Assembly: GCA_965644315.1 (NCBI GenBank)
Contig: CBFFRQ010000088.1
Coordinates: forward strand, 124,001-188,000
Source of the DNA: Caecitellus pseudoparvulus
Lineage: Eukaryota; Protista; Bigyra: Bicosoecida
Reading direction: 5' to 3'
Length of the DNA stretch: 64,000 nt
Shown: positions 1 to 10,648 of the stretch, piece after piece
How positions within the stretch are numbered: the stretch's first letter is position 1
Layout of the letters: each line of letters opens with the position of its first letter
Made by a program: the position numbers and the translations under genes
Notes under the pieces: generated by a model
The model's input: the letters and a program-made list of their open reading frames with translations, nothing else
What the model was told of the DNA's origin: nothing
Database searches by the model: none

Positions 1-3000
1 GCAGCAGGCATCTCAGCTGTAGAGCAAGCCCGTAAGTGTACTTCTGCAAGGTTGAGCGTCAAGCTGAGGGTAGCAGGGAGCGCTTGGGCGGCTGCAGTAG
101 CGGTGGATGGCGCGCGCCCCAGCGCTGAGTCTGCGCTGCGCGCTGATTCGCCGATCCAAAGATCCACGAACTTCTTCAAGTCTTGTGAGTGCTGCTGGGA
201 ATCACGCTGGACAAAGGCAGGAACGGAACGTGCCTTGTTCTGCATGGCTTCGCAGCCTTCATCAACGTGGAGAAAGGTGAGCTCTCCAAGCCAGTCGGGC
301 AACGGGTAGCACCCAAACACCGACCGGATGATGCCGCTCAAGGCGATGTAGTGAGGGGCCCGAGCGAATGGCTGCGCATATGGCACGATTTCTCCCCATG
401 GCTGCTGGGCACCGTCAAGGTGCTGCTTTGCAGCAGCATACAGCGGCTCGGAGCTGCCCAGCCCCACGAGTCGCGAGAGAACCCCTCCGCACTCTTCCGA
501 GACGCGTTCGGCTATGTGCGAAATGGTGCAGGCGACATCTTGCGTGCGCGCCGCAGGGCCAGGCTCCAAGCTTCCAACGTGCGGGCCATGCTGCTTCCAG
601 AGGCTTGCGTGTGGCAGTGAAACACCACCAACAGAGGCCTTGCGCGGGGAGGTGATAGGCGAAGCGTAGCTGCCATTTGGTGCAGCGTGGGCAGGTTCCT
701 GGCTTGTGGCCAACGCATCTGGCGAACTGGGCTTGGGCTGATCCCCCGAAGGGGCGGTTCCACTTCGACTCAGTGGCAGCAGGCCATGAGGCTGCAGCGC
801 AGCGAGAAACGTCTGCGTCAGCACGTCAGCATCAGCAGCTGCCATGCTTGCGTGAGCAGCCATGAGGTCTGCAAAACGCACGCCCACAGAGCGGAGTCCA
901 GGCGTCCGAAGCCTCGCCATTGCTGCACCCTCCCCGTCTGGGCCTGACCAAGCACTCGATGGGAGGCGACCCCAAGGCAGAGCCCGCAGGAGGAGGTCCT
1001 GGAGGCGCTGCATGCGTGCTTCGTGTGCGGCAGCGACTCGGCAAGCTGCCTGGGACACGGTGGAGGACAGGGCGAGGGAATCTGAGACCACTTGCTGCAC
1101 AATGGAGCACGCGGCAGGGGCGAGGTGCCCCTCGATGGCCGCAACTTCTGCCCGGATACTGGTCTCGCCCACAGTGCCCGGTGTGCCCCACATCGCATCC
1201 ATCGCTGCCCCCCTGACAATGCCAGCCAGCAGGAGCTGCGGGGACCCAGCAAAGAAGGTTCCGGAGGCGAGAGTCAACGATTCATCTTCACTGATAGTGA
1301 GCGGAACGTCCAAGTAGTGCTGTGCGGCCGGTGTGTTTGCCCGGTGGGGCATGGAAGCGTCGCCAGTCCACGGCTGAGGTTCGGTGACGTAATTGGCGTC
1401 GGGAGAAAACCCACCAAACTCCTCGCCTACTGCTGAGGGCCGAAACCCGTCGCCTGAGCCTGTGGGATGCTGTTCTTGGACAGGGACTGCGAGGCCTTCC
1501 TCCTCTTGCCACACCCAAGGTGTCGCAGAGGCTGGCGACGACTCCAACTCATAGCGAGTGTGGGGCAAAGTCATGAAGGCCACGTTGTTCATGCTCGCTG
1601 GCCCTTCTGCTCCGCTTCCTTGCATCTTCAGGTTTGTTCCAACAGCAGCGAAAGCGTCCTTCAGCACAAACCGCGCCATCGACCACGCTGGCGCGCGCTC
1701 AAAGGCGCCCTCCGGACCGCGACTGCCACCCGAGTCCACCAGGCAACGGCTTCCGGCTGAGATGGAGATGTGTGGCGCGGCAACTGCCCATGATACAGAG
1801 TGCTGAGCAACGGGAGGCCCGTGCTGCGACATGAGCCGCAACGTCAGGGCCCGGGCAGAGGCAGACGTGTGACTCAACTCCTGGGTACCCAAGGCTTGCT
1901 GCCACGCAGGCAGTGCAGCTGTGAGAGGCGCCAAGTGGACCTGGGTGGTGCAGGCGGCACCCACAACAAGGAAGTTGAAGCCATCCACGCCATGCACCGC
2001 ATGCTTGGGGGTTTGGTTGAGCACACGCGCACACCGGAGCCGGGCCTGATCCAGAGCAAGCTCAAGTGGTTGATCATCTGTGGGCTCAGTGGCAGCTGCG
2101 GATTGCTCTGCACGCGCCGAGTCTTCCACCAGCAGGAGGGAACAACTCAAGGGGTCGTTCCACAGCTCATGCAGGCTAACAGCCCCTCTTGCTAGCCCGT
2201 CATCCCCAAGCATGCCGGAGGTGAAGAAGCGAGACGATGGTCCCGGGTTGAAACCTCGGTGGACGCCGTGCAACGGGACCCCAGCGCCCGATGTTGCAGC
2301 TGAGCGTGAGGATGCCAGAACCGCATGTAGGGTGCATGCAGGAATGGGTTTTCCGGAAATGTGCTGAAGGCGTCGAACACTGCTTGCACTCCAGTGGCCG
2401 CTTGGGGTGCTGCCAGCGGTGCCCTTCACGTCAAGGTTTACAAGCGTAGCTTTCGCTTGGGCCTCTTTCAGCAGAGCTGACTGCTTGCTGTGTGCAGCTG
2501 AGTCCAGGAAGATGGCCCACGGGGAAGCCGGTGAGTCTCGTCCGTCTGAGGCACTCCCTGTGGAGAACCCTTCATCAGCTGAAAACCAGCCATCATCTGC
2601 TGGTTCAGGTTCAGTGTCGCTGCCCCACTGGTCGAGTGCACCGCTAACGTGCCTGAAGGCGCTACCAGGCGTCGCAAGGGCGGGGTCGCCTGCTTCGGGC
2701 ACATCCGTGGAGTCAACTGAGGCTTCCTCTGCCAAGGAAAAAGGTTCCCTAGAGAATGCCGCCAGTTGAGAAGCTGCCGCGGCAGCGTCAAATGCTTGCT
2801 GTGCACGGGCGACATGTGTCCACACTGCATGTGCCTCCGGGTCAGTGAGACGGGCACCCTGCTTGCCTCCCCCATGCTGCGCCGCATTTTCCAGCAAGAG
2901 CCCACGGCTCGGCCACCCCCTCAACAAGCCCATCCCATTCTCAGCCAGGTCGGCTTGCAAGCGGCTGTGCCTGTCAGGAGCGCCGGCTGTCCCCAACGCT

Positions 3001-6000
3001 GCCAAGGCCTCGTTAGCTGCGTCAGCAAGGCTTAGGAAGTAAGCTTGCAGGCCGACAACTTCAGGTGCAGGCAAGGCATACGGAGAGCGGCATTCGTCCA
3101 TGACCAGAGCAATGGGCAGCCGACAACTCGCGACCTCTGCAAGGAGCAGCTGGCATTGAGCCATGCCTTCATCCATCACCCAATCACCAGCGTCCCAGCC
3201 CCGAGGATTGCGCTCTTTCAGTCGCAGGGCGGCGGTCGGAATCCTCGCTGAATAGCCGTTCAGCACTCGGTGCAGGGATGCCTTCGCGTCAGCATGCACT
3301 TGCCAGCGGCTGGCGTACTGGTCTGAGGCCCTGCTGGTCCACGCCACCCGCAGAGGCTTGCAGAGACTGGCAGACACCAGGGTCCCTGACGACGGCTCTG
3401 TGATGGTCGCTTGCACACAGTCAATGCTGATGTTGGTTTCGGTGGGGCCCACTGCATATGCAGCATGAGGCCAGAGATATGGAAGCATGCAGCCAAGGTT
3501 CCAGGATCGCGAGACAATGGGGGAGGGTCCCCGGGAAGACGATGTGACGTGCCTCCGATTTGATCCTTCCACAACACCGCCTGCGCCTCTGAACACTTGC
3601 TGCGGCTCGCTTAGGACCTGCTCGCGAGCCCCCCCTCGAGCAGCCAATGGAATGGCCGCTGTTTCGGCGATGGTCACACGCCTTGAGTCTGCACTGGTGT
3701 GAATGAGTGGCACGGAGTGCACACTTGGCCGGGCTGAAGGCTTTGGGGCGCTTGCTGCAGACTGACCAGCGCCGTGTTCTCCATCAGGGGGAACTGAGGG
3801 GGTCCACAGGACAGTCAGCGGCACACGCAGGGCTGCGCCGGCATTCACCGTTGCTTGGCCACCAGCTATGAGCTCCCAGTCGGACTTTGCTGAAACACTG
3901 CCAGGGTCTTGCCCCTTCGTCACCGTTCCCGTGGCTTCCAGCGGAAAGTCTTCCCGATGTTCCCGATTCGGAGGCGGCCGGCAACTCGGCGCCGACAAAT
4001 CAGCAGAAATGCCTTGCAATCGGGCAGCAATGCCAGGTTGAGCAGGATCAGCACCGAAGGTCAGGGCTGCTAGGGTGCTGTACGGGCTTTGGTCCTCATC
4101 CCCGGGCGGCATCGCATGCGGCTGTGAGAGCGACCCGAGCTGCGCCGCGATGAACTCCTGGTGGCTGTGCTGCGTCCGGCGGTGGGCAACATGCTCTTGT
4201 GTGTCCTTAGCTTCCTCTTGGCTTCCGTGTGCAGTCAGTGGGTGCCGAGGTGAGGAGTCGGCATGGACGGGGGAGCTCGAGAAAGCACCTTGCTTCGAGC
4301 CCAGGCCCCCCACCTCGCATTGAATGCGCTCGGCCCGGCTGCCCAGTAGGACAGGGTGCACATGACAGGACAGGTCAACGTCATACGCGCCGCCGACACC
4401 AGCTGCTGTGCACGTGCGGCGTCGAAATGCCACCCACTGCACTTCCCGCAAAGCGTAGGCCGCAACGTGTAGGGGCGCCCAAGGGAACCTCACAGGAAGT
4501 TCTACACTCCCAGGATTGGAAGTCTTGAACGTGTGGCCACACACTAAGTTCGCAACAGATTCAATGTCCGGGACAGCGCGGGGGGGGTGGAGTCCCCAGT
4601 CCACGCCGTCTGTGCATGCTTTCCTGGCTAGGTGGACGTCGAGGGGCAGCACGGACGTGCGGGTGGTGTGACCAGCGTGGTGAAAGACGAGGAAAACGCC
4701 CACGATGCGAGTGGCGCCCATGAAGCGTCGAAGGTGCTGGGCCGAGGGATCCCGGATGCCGTCGCGCACTTCTTGCAGCACAGCTTGGACACGCTCCGAA
4801 CTCGGGTCTTGGTCGCTTCCGAGCAACATGCGCAGGCCTGCGAGAAGGTTCGGTGGGAGGACGCCCCCAACCCCTGTCTCCTCTGCACTGTCCCTGTCGA
4901 CGCTGGAGTTTAGAACTCGCGATGTCGCCACTGACTTGAGGGGGGGTATGCTGTGGTCTTCATGCGCAGCTCGCTCTGTCGCGTGCAGGGAAAGTGCGAG
5001 CAACGAGCCTTGGCAGCGGAGCATCTCCAGTGCACCATCAGCCCAGTACTTTCCACCATGCCCAGCAGCGCATGCATGCGCAATGTGCTCTGCCAGCCGT
5101 GTCCGGCCACTCAGCGACACTTGCACAGTGCCCAGCACCGGCGCCGCTGAGGGCGAGGTCAGGGTGGGGTCGCTGCACAAGTTAAACGCATCGTACCATT
5201 GCAAGGCACAGTGCAGAATGGCCGCTGTCTGCTGCAAGCTCGCCCCGAAGCCTACGTTGCTGATACTCGTGGACATATCGTCTGTGTATGTGACCAGCGG
5301 CCCCAGCATGCCTTGCACTGGCGATGCGAAGCGGTAGGTCATGTCCACGGCGATGTCGCCGATGCTTGCCACTGTCACCCACTGCCCCTGTGCCTCATGA
5401 TGCATCCATGGCTGCCTTTGAGGTGGGCTGCCACCAACAAAGCTGGATGTCTGTCGGTGCAGCGGAGACACTGAGCGCCGGTTCCAAGCCGCGCTGCTGC
5501 TGCGGCGTGGGGCTCGCCCTCTGCCGCGGTGAAGGTGCACGGGGGGTGGATCGGGAGACGCAGGTGCGGGTTCAGTGGGAACACGGCGTGGGGCACGAAT
5601 TGTGACGGGGCCAGTGTTTATGTTCAGGCTGGAGCTCGCGTACGACGACGCCAACTCAACACGCAGGCTGCCGCACTGCGCCTCCAAGTGGTGAGGGGTT
5701 GGGCGGCGCACCATGCAGGCGGACGTTGGCTTGGCTTGCCATCGCGCGTCCAACTCTGAGTACCGGAACGCATACAGTACCGGGTCAATGGGCGTGAGTG
5801 GGCCTTCGGGTAGCAGTGGGATGAGTGCAGTCACATTGGGCAGGTGCACAGTGAGGGTGGTAACCATTTCGGTCAGTGGTACGGGGACAGCGTGCAGCAT
5901 GCCACAGCCATGTCCGATGGGCACCGGTGCAGGCAAGTGGGCACTGGTCCCGGTATCATCTGTCGTGCTCAGGCCTCCAGGGTGCGCGTTCCACCACTCG

Positions 6001-9000
6001 GTCAATCCTTGAGTCAAGCCTGGACCAGTGCCCCGGGTCATAAAGATGGGTGGGTGCTGACTGGCATGTGGGCCAGCCAGGGGGCTGGCCAGTTGGTGCA
6101 GGAAGCCGACGAGAGTGCTCAACGCCGCGCTGGGAGCACTGGGCGAGATGTTGTAGCCCCATTTGCCCACTCGATGTGTGTGGGCATTGCAGCCCCCGTC
6201 AGCTTGCAAGTTCTGCGACGTGGTGGTGAAGCGAGAGGCGCCTGCGTAGTTGCTGATGGCGGCGAGGAGGGCGGCCATGCCGTGTGGAGTCGCATGCACT
6301 GTGGGGTCATGCAGCGTCACGTCCACCCCCAGAGCATCTGTGCCCTCGCCAACGGCGTACGTGTATGTGCTGGCAATGCTCAGCAGAGGGAACTCTGCTA
6401 CCTGGATGTCAAAGCCGGTCACACCCCTGGAACGTGTCGCAGGGTGGTAGCCAGGGAAGGATGCCACGATGCAGGGGACGTCCACTGTTTGCCGCTCGGG
6501 GGTGTTGGCGCCTGTTGTCTGCGCGGCACCCTGGCTGCGCCCGTCCGGTTGCCTGGCCGCCCCTGAAAGGCCTCCTGAGAAGTCACTTCCAGTCAAGCCG
6601 GCTGCGACACGGCGCTGTTTGATGATGGCTGCGGCGGTTGCAACCCTGCTCTGCACGCTGTACTTGTGGTGGGTGCGCATGAGCTCCTCATCCACACAGC
6701 CACCCATGATGCTGTACTGCATGGAGTAGTGCTGGGGCTCTGCTTCAGTGACCTCTGAGCGGATGTCGGCTGTCAAGACTGGAAAGGCGAGGGACAGCAG
6801 AGTGTTGGCTCCGACGTCCCCAGTCACATCTACTGCGTTGTGGCCATTGGCATGCAGCACAATCATGGCGTCCGGCATGGCGAGGGAGGTGAGCCCAAGA
6901 TATGGAATGAACAAGGCCTTCCCAGCTTCGTGCTTGGGCCCGAGCGTGCTCCAGGGGATGAGGGATGGCGGCACCCATGGAAAGTCTAGGGGCGCAGAGA
7001 AGTCGCCAAGGACATCCCCGATCGCTTCAATGTGGGCGGTGGTGGGGCTCAGCGTGGCAGCCGCAAGTTGAATGCCCATACGGTTCGTCTGCTGCTGCCT
7101 CCAGCGCCGGGGGGTCGTGTACTGAAAGTCCAGCCCGACTTCTTGCGTCACCAGAAATGGCGTTACGTCCCCTTCTAGACATGCTTCCACACGCCCCAGC
7201 CTGCCACGCGTGTCAGTGAAGGTGGAGTCCCCGTTCCACGCCACATTGTCTGCGACGAGGTCCAGGAAGAGGCTCAGTTGAGATCCTGCGCCAGACACCC
7301 CCGTGCCGTCTGCCGTGGCTGGATGCACGCGCAGCACCAGGTGGCTCAAACTTCGCTGGCGGGCAGCAGCGTCTGCCTCAGGTCCACAAGATTGGCACAG
7401 CAGCCCCAGGTCCTGCCACCGTCTAATGAGCGCCGGGATGCTGTCTACTTCCTCCTCGCTGAGGCCCTGCAAGTGGTCGGGGTTCAGTGCGTACTCCTCA
7501 GCTTTCTGTCCCCGTTGTAAGCCCCTTGCCATGCGTTCCTGAGCCGCTTGCGAGCCTTGCAGCGAGTCCAGCAAGGTCTTCACCAGCACATCGGGCCGCA
7601 GAGTCTTGGTAGCGGGGTCCACCCAGGCTGGCGGACGGGCACCCCCCTCTGCGGGGGAGTGGGCTTCAGGTGACCGCGAGGCACGGCGGCCGCACTCCCC
7701 GTCAGCTGCAGCGAGGCCGATGGCTGTCAGAGGGTGGGCCCGCTTGCAAGCATAGGGAACGGTAAACACGAGCGGCCCAGAAACCGCGATGCGCGTGCGG
7801 CTCTGCAGCGCAACTTGAGCATCTCCAGCGGCCGGGCGCCAGGGGGGGGTGTCTGTGACTGTGGACGGGGCAAAGTAGGCCTGGAGCATCTTCCGGTGGC
7901 GATCATGCCAGGGGCCGTAGTACACCTTTGGAGACGCCGTCCAGGCTTGAGACTGGATGGAGGTGCCTGCTCCTTGAGCTGCTGACACGGGTTCGCCGTC
8001 TTGGTCTCCGCCAAGAAGGCGAACGTCGAGGACGTACTGCGGGCCATGCGCCACGAGGTCACGGGCAGCGGGTGGGGTCGGCCCGAACACTGCGCCTGTG
8101 TCCTGCGTCAGGGTGACTTCAGCGGTCGAGATGTCCAGCATGCGTGGCTGCACAAGGCGGGACACACTGGCTTCCATGTGCACGAGGAAGGCCTCCAGGC
8201 GCGACGGATCCAGGAGGCCCGACTCTGTGCCATTGTGCAACTCATCTTCGTCCACGTCAGTGCCCCCCGCGAACTGCACGTGGGTGCCGGCACCTTCGGA
8301 GACAGGCCCGTCGTCGGCGCCCACCCACCTGACACGCGCTGAGCCATCCGAGTGGCCAGAGGCACCTCCCGAGCCACTTGCCCCACTGCCCACCCTGGGA
8401 GGGGCACCAGCCATGCTGCCCTGTCTACCCACAGTATCAGGGGTGTCATCACTATCACTGTCTCCAGCGAGAGAGGGCTCTACGCTGACCACCGTGCGCG
8501 GTGTTTCGGTGCCGCCTACATGCCCCATGTCCACAGGCATGCTAGCTGCAGCACGCCGTGGGGGATCTTGGTGTGTGCTCTGGCGCAGGAACAAACTATC
8601 TCGTACGGACTGCACGGCTCGGTTGTGCCCGCTCGATTGGCCAGACTGCAGTGCACGCCGGCGCAAGGATGGCTGCAGGTCGTCGTTCGAGTCCCCCCGC
8701 AAGTGGTGGCTGGGCACGCGGCCTGGTTGCCACGTGCCTCGGCGCGATGGAGCGGGTCCACCCCGCTCGACCTCTTGAGGGAGGGTGGTGGTGGTGGTGG
8801 CGTCTCGCAGCATTTGGCGCAGGGTGCCCCACAGTCGGGAGAACGTGGACGCGCGCTGGGAGGCGATGGAGCGGTAGACGTCTGAGTTGTAGGCGGGGTT
8901 GCGCACGATGTCTGCTTCCACACTGCTGAGGGTGGTGCTGGTGGTGTACCTGATGTGAGTCGAGCCGAGGGCACTTCGCCGCAGGCTGGCGTTGAGCACG

Positions 9001-9932
9001 GTCAAACTGCGCTGCCACGTAGCGTACAGCAAGCACGGCAGGTGCTTCCCTGCCGCGACGAACGACGCGTGGGTGACAGAGATGTTCACTCTTGGCGACA
9101 ACTGGAAGATCCAGGGGAGCACGACATTGGCCAGCGCCGCAGCTACTTCCCCTTCGTCCAGGTCTGGGCCCATGGGCACGCCCACCGTCACGTCTGGCAT
9201 GCCAGCGTCGCGCTTGGCGATGCTGGTGGGCGTGCTGGGAGCGTCCACAGGTCCCTCTGTTGTGGGTGCTTGTGGCGCAGCTGATTGAGGTGCCTGGGAT
9301 GCTGCCACCTTGTCGTGGCATGCTTGCAGCAGGGCATTTTGCACTGACTCGTACGCGCCGGCGGCGTTCCACGCCACGATGCGGAGGCCCCTCAAGTACA
9401 CCTCCAAACGGTTGGGATCTGGGGATCCATCAGGAGCGTAGTGGATCCACCACAACACACTGACCACCTGCGGAGGGGCGATGGCACACAGTTCCTGGCT
9501 GGTGGTGCGTTGCCGAGGCAGCGCGCAGCCTGCCACGCACTGCATGAGACACCTGCACAAAGCTATTGGAGTCCACCATTCGGACGTCATACAGAAAGAG
9601 CTTTCCAGCGAGGAGGTTGAGGGTGGCGCTGCCGATGTGCAGCTCTGTGAAGGCAGTGAGCGGGGTTCCTGTGCGGCTTTGTGGTAGGACAGCTTGGGGG
9701 CAGACGCACCCGAATTGCGCATAAGGCAGGAGGAGAAGAGGTTCAAGATGCGAGCCAGCAACACGCCTGAGTAGGCAATGAAGGCGGTGAGGAAGAGGAA
9801 ACCGGCCGAGCTCCACCATATGAGGTTGGTGGTCAGGGACAGCTCGCTGAGCTCCAGGAAGCTCTCCGGCACCTCCCCCACGGTGGAGTTGGTGTTGTTC
9901 AACCCGTCGCCGAGAGACAGTGTGGGATCCAT
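1..9932 (-). CDS. BLTP1: Bridge-like lipid transfer protein 1 (BLTP1/KIAA1109/Csf1/Tweek family), 3' end outside window; exons 9932-9710, 9644-9541, 9467-<1
   Basis: Spliced N-terminus reads MDPTLSLG...hydrophobic anchor (LIWWSSAGFLFLTAFIAYSGVLLARILNLF)...LHIGSATLNLLAGKLFLYDVRMV...VVSVLWW, and ~7865-7925 reads KVYYGPWHDRHRKMLQAYFAP, matching the Csf1/BLTP1 YGPWxDRQR motif. No minus-strand ORF in the track ends in this frame between 1 and 9467, and spot translations (3-62, 6660-6740, 7865-7925) are open. Introns 9709-9645 (65 nt) and 9540-9468 (73 nt) are GTGCGT...CAG. Confidence 0.85.
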   Translation of the reverse strand, partial: MDPTLSLGDGLNNTNSTVGEVPESFLELSELSLTTNLIWWSSAGFLFLTAFIAYSGVLLARILNLFSSCLMRNSGASAPKLSYHKAAQEPRSLPSQSCTSAAPPSTSSLESSFCMTSEWWTPIALCRCLMQCVAGCALPRQRTTSQELCAIAPPQVVSVLWWIHYAPDGSPDPNRLEVYLRGLRIVAWNAAGAYESVQNALLQACHDKVAASQAPQSAAPQAPTTEGPVDAPSTPTSIAKRDAGMPDVTVGVPMGPDLDEGEVAAALANVVLPWIFQLSPRVNISVTHASFVAAGKHLPCLLYATWQRSLTVLNASLRRSALGSTHIRYTTSTTLSSVEADIVRNPAYNSDVYRSIASQRASTFSRLWGTLRQMLRDATTTTTLPQEVERGGPAPSRRGTWQPGRVPSHHLRGDSNDDLQPSLRRRALQSGQSSGHNRAVQSVRDSLFLRQSTHQDPPRRAAASMPVDMGHVGGTETPRTVVSVEPSLAGDSDSDDTPDTVGRQGSMAGAPPRVGSGASGSGGASGHSDGSARVRWVGADDGPVSEGAGTHVQFAGGTDVDEDELHNGTESGLLDPSRLEAFLVHMEASVSRLVQPRMLDISTAEVTLTQDTGAVFGPTPPAARDLVAHGPQYVLDVRLLGGDQDGEPVSAAQGAGTSIQSQAWTASPKVYYGPWHDRHRKMLQAYFAPSTVTDTPPWRPAAGDAQVALQSRTRIAVSGPLVFTVPYACKRAHPLTAIGLAAADGECGRRASRSPEAHSPAEGGARPPAWVDPATKTLRPDVLVKTLLDSLQGSQAAQERMARGLQRGQKAEEYALNPDHLQGLSEEEVDSIPALIRRWQDLGLLCQSCGPEADAAARQRSLSHLVLRVHPATADGTGVSGAGSQLSLFLDLVADNVAWNGDSTFTDTRGRLGRVEACLEGDVTPFLVTQEVGLDFQYTTPRRWRQQQTNRMGIQLAAATLSPTTAHIEAIGDVLGDFSAPLDFPWVPPSLIPWSTLGPKHEAGKALFIPYLGLTSLAMPDAMIVLHANGHNAVDVTGDVGANTLLSLAFPVLTADIRSEVTEAEPQHYSMQYSIMGGCVDEELMRTHHKYSVQSRVATAAAIIKQRRVAAGLTGSDFSGGLSGAARQPDGRSQGAAQTTGANTPERQTVDVPCIVASFPGYHPATRSRGVTGFDIQVAEFPLLSIASTYTYAVGEGTDALGVDVTLHDPTVHATPHGMAALLAAISNYAGASRFTTTSQNLQADGGCNAHTHRVGKWGYNISPSAPSAALSTLVGFLHQLASPLAGPHASQHPPIFMTRGTGPGLTQGLTEWWNAHPGGLSTTDDTGTSAHLPAPVPIGHGCGMLHAVPVPLTEMVTTLTVHLPNVTALIPLLPEGPLTPIDPVLYAFRYSELDARWQAKPTSACMVRRPTPHHLEAQCGSLRVELASSYASSSLNINTGPVTIRAPRRVPTEPAPASPDPPPVHLHRGRGRAPRRSSSAAWNRRSVSPLHRQTSSFVGGSPPQRQPWMHHEAQGQWVTVASIGDIAVDMTYRFASPVQGMLGPLVTYTDDMSTSISNVGFGASLQQTAAILHCALQWYDAFNLCSDPTLTSPSAAPVLGTVQVSLSGRTRLAEHIAHACAAGHGGKYWADGALEMLRCQGSLLALSLHATERAAHEDHSIPPLKSVATSRVLNSSVDRDSAEETGVGGVLPPNLLAGLRMLLGSDQDPSSERVQAVLQEVRDGIRDPSAQHLRRFMGATRIVGVFLVFHHAGHTTRTSVLPLDVHLARKACTDGVDWGLHPPRAVPDIESVANLVCGHTFKTSNPGSVELPVRFPWAPLHVAAYALREVQWVAFRRRTCTAAGVGGAYDVDLSCHVHPVLLGSRAERIQCEVGGLGSKQGAFSSSPVHADSSPRHPLTAHGSQEEAKDTQEHVAHRRTQHSHQEFIAAQLGSLSQPHAMPPGDEDQSPYSTLAALTFGADPAQPGIAARLQGISADLSAPSCRPPPNREHREDFPLEATGTVTKGQDPGSVSAKSDWELIAGGQATVNAGAALRVPLTVLWTPSVPPDGEHGAGQSAASAPKPSARPSVHSVPLIHTSADSRRVTIAETAAIPLAARGGAREQVLSEPQQVFRGAGGVVEGSNRRHVTSSSRGPSPIVSRSWNLGCMLPYLWPHAAYAVGPTETNISIDCVQATITEPSSGTLVSASLCKPLRVAWTSRASDQYASRWQVHADAKASLHRVLNGYSARIPTAALRLKERNPRGWDAGDWVMDEGMAQCQLLLAEVASCRLPIALVMDECRSPYALPAPEVVGLQAYFLSLADAANEALAALGTAGAPDRHSRLQADLAENGMGLLRGWPSRGLLLENAAQHGGGKQGARLTDPEAHAVWTHVARAQQAFDAAAAASQLAAFSREPFSLAEEASVDSTDVPEAGDPALATPGSAFRHVSGALDQWGSDTEPEPADDGWFSADEGFSTGSASDGRDSPASPWAIFLDSAAHSKQSALLKEAQAKATLVNLDVKGTAGSTPSGHWSASSVRRLQHISGKPIPACTLHAVLASSRSAATSGAGVPLHGVHRGFNPGPSSRFFTSGMLGDDGLARGAVSLHELWNDPLSCSLLLVEDSARAEQSAAATEPTDDQPLELALDQARLRCARVLNQTPKHAVHGVDGFNFLVVGAACTTQVHLAPLTAALPAWQQALGTQELSHTSASARALTLRLMSQHGPPVAQHSVSWAVAAPHISISAGSRCLVDSGGSRGPEGAFERAPAWSMARFVLKDAFAAVGTNLKMQGSGAEGPASMNNVAFMTLPHTRYELESSPASATPWVWQEEEGLAVPVQEQHPTGSGDGFRPSAVGEEFGGFSPDANYVTEPQPWTGDASMPHRANTPAAQHYLDVPLTISEDESLTLASGTFFAGSPQLLLAGIVRGAAMDAMWGTPGTVGETSIRAEVAAIEGHLAPAACSIVQQVVSDSLALSSTVSQAACRVAAAHEARMQRLQDLLLRALPWGRLPSSAWSGPDGEGAAMARLRTPGLRSVGVRFADLMAAHASMAAADADVLTQTFLAALQPHGLLPLSRSGTAPSGDQPKPSSPDALATSQEPAHAAPNGSYASPITSPRKASVGGVSLPHASLWKQHGPHVGSLEPGPAARTQDVACTISHIAERVSEECGGVLSRLVGLGSSEPLYAAAKQHLDGAQQPWGEIVPYAQPFARAPHYIALSGIIRSVFGCYPLPDWLGELTFLHVDEGCEAMQNKARSVPAFVQRDSQQHSQDLKKFVDLWIGESARSADSALGRAPSTATAAAQALPATLSLTLNLAEVHLRACSTAEMPA

Positions 9933-10394
9933 GCTTCCTGTTTGATTCAATCTCGCACAGCTCTCTCTCGGGGGCTACCAGGGCTGTTGCTTGAAGCAGC
10001 GTTTCATGCCCAAGAGTTTCACGCGTCTCCCACAGGACGCAACGACAAACGGCGGCTCGCACAGGAGAGGCAGATTCACACGAGGACTTTATGGCGAGTC
10101 TTCTTGATACCATTGCACCGACATATGCGTCACCGTTTGGCATTTGGTGCGGCGTGGCATTCGAGTCCGCAGAGCAAGTCTTCCAAGGTTGGCTTGTGTG
10201 GGAGAGGCGCGCAGCAGCAGCAGCAACGGGAGCTGAAACCAAAACAAAACAGGCGAACTCATGGGTCCCTGAATCCAGTGCAGTTGGCGAACAAGCTTCA
10301 CACTCTACACGGGCTCTGCGATTCAGGCGCTGCCAGACGAGCTTGAGGGTCTCTTGGCGTGGCAGCGCGTTTTCCGCAGACAAGTGCCCACGTC

Positions 10395-10646
10395 ATGGCG
10401 GCAAGGAAGGCCATGCACCCCCTGGTGCGGGACCTTTACAAGCGCTTCGTGACAGTGGGCCATGATTACCCTGGTGGCTGGGCGAAGTTGCGCCCGCGTG
10501 TCAAAGCTGGATTCGAAAAGCAGGCCCACCTGGAGGATGAGGTGGAGGTGAAGCGAGCGGTGAACCGGGGGCGGTGGTGGGTGCGGGAGATGCAGGCAGT
10601 GATCCATTTGAAGAAGTACCGCACGATGAAGAAGGCATACGGCTAG
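10395..10646 (+). CDS. LYRM5: LYR-motif protein (LYRM5/ETFRF1-like), 83 aa
   Basis: VRDLYKRFVTVGHDYPGG...AGF...AVNRGRWWVREMQAVIHLKKYRTMKKAY matches the LYRM5 pattern; intronless. Confidence 0.8.
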   Translation: MAARKAMHPLVRDLYKRFVTVGHDYPGGWAKLRPRVKAGFEKQAHLEDEVEVKRAVNRGRWWVREMQAVIHLKKYRTMKKAYG

Positions 10647-10648
10647 TG

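Noticed and set aside
1-9400. Apparent gene desert or alternative genetic code in the first 9 kb
   Set aside because: Explained by one minus-strand frame that runs off the window; all complete genes use standard stops (TAA, TAG, TGA).
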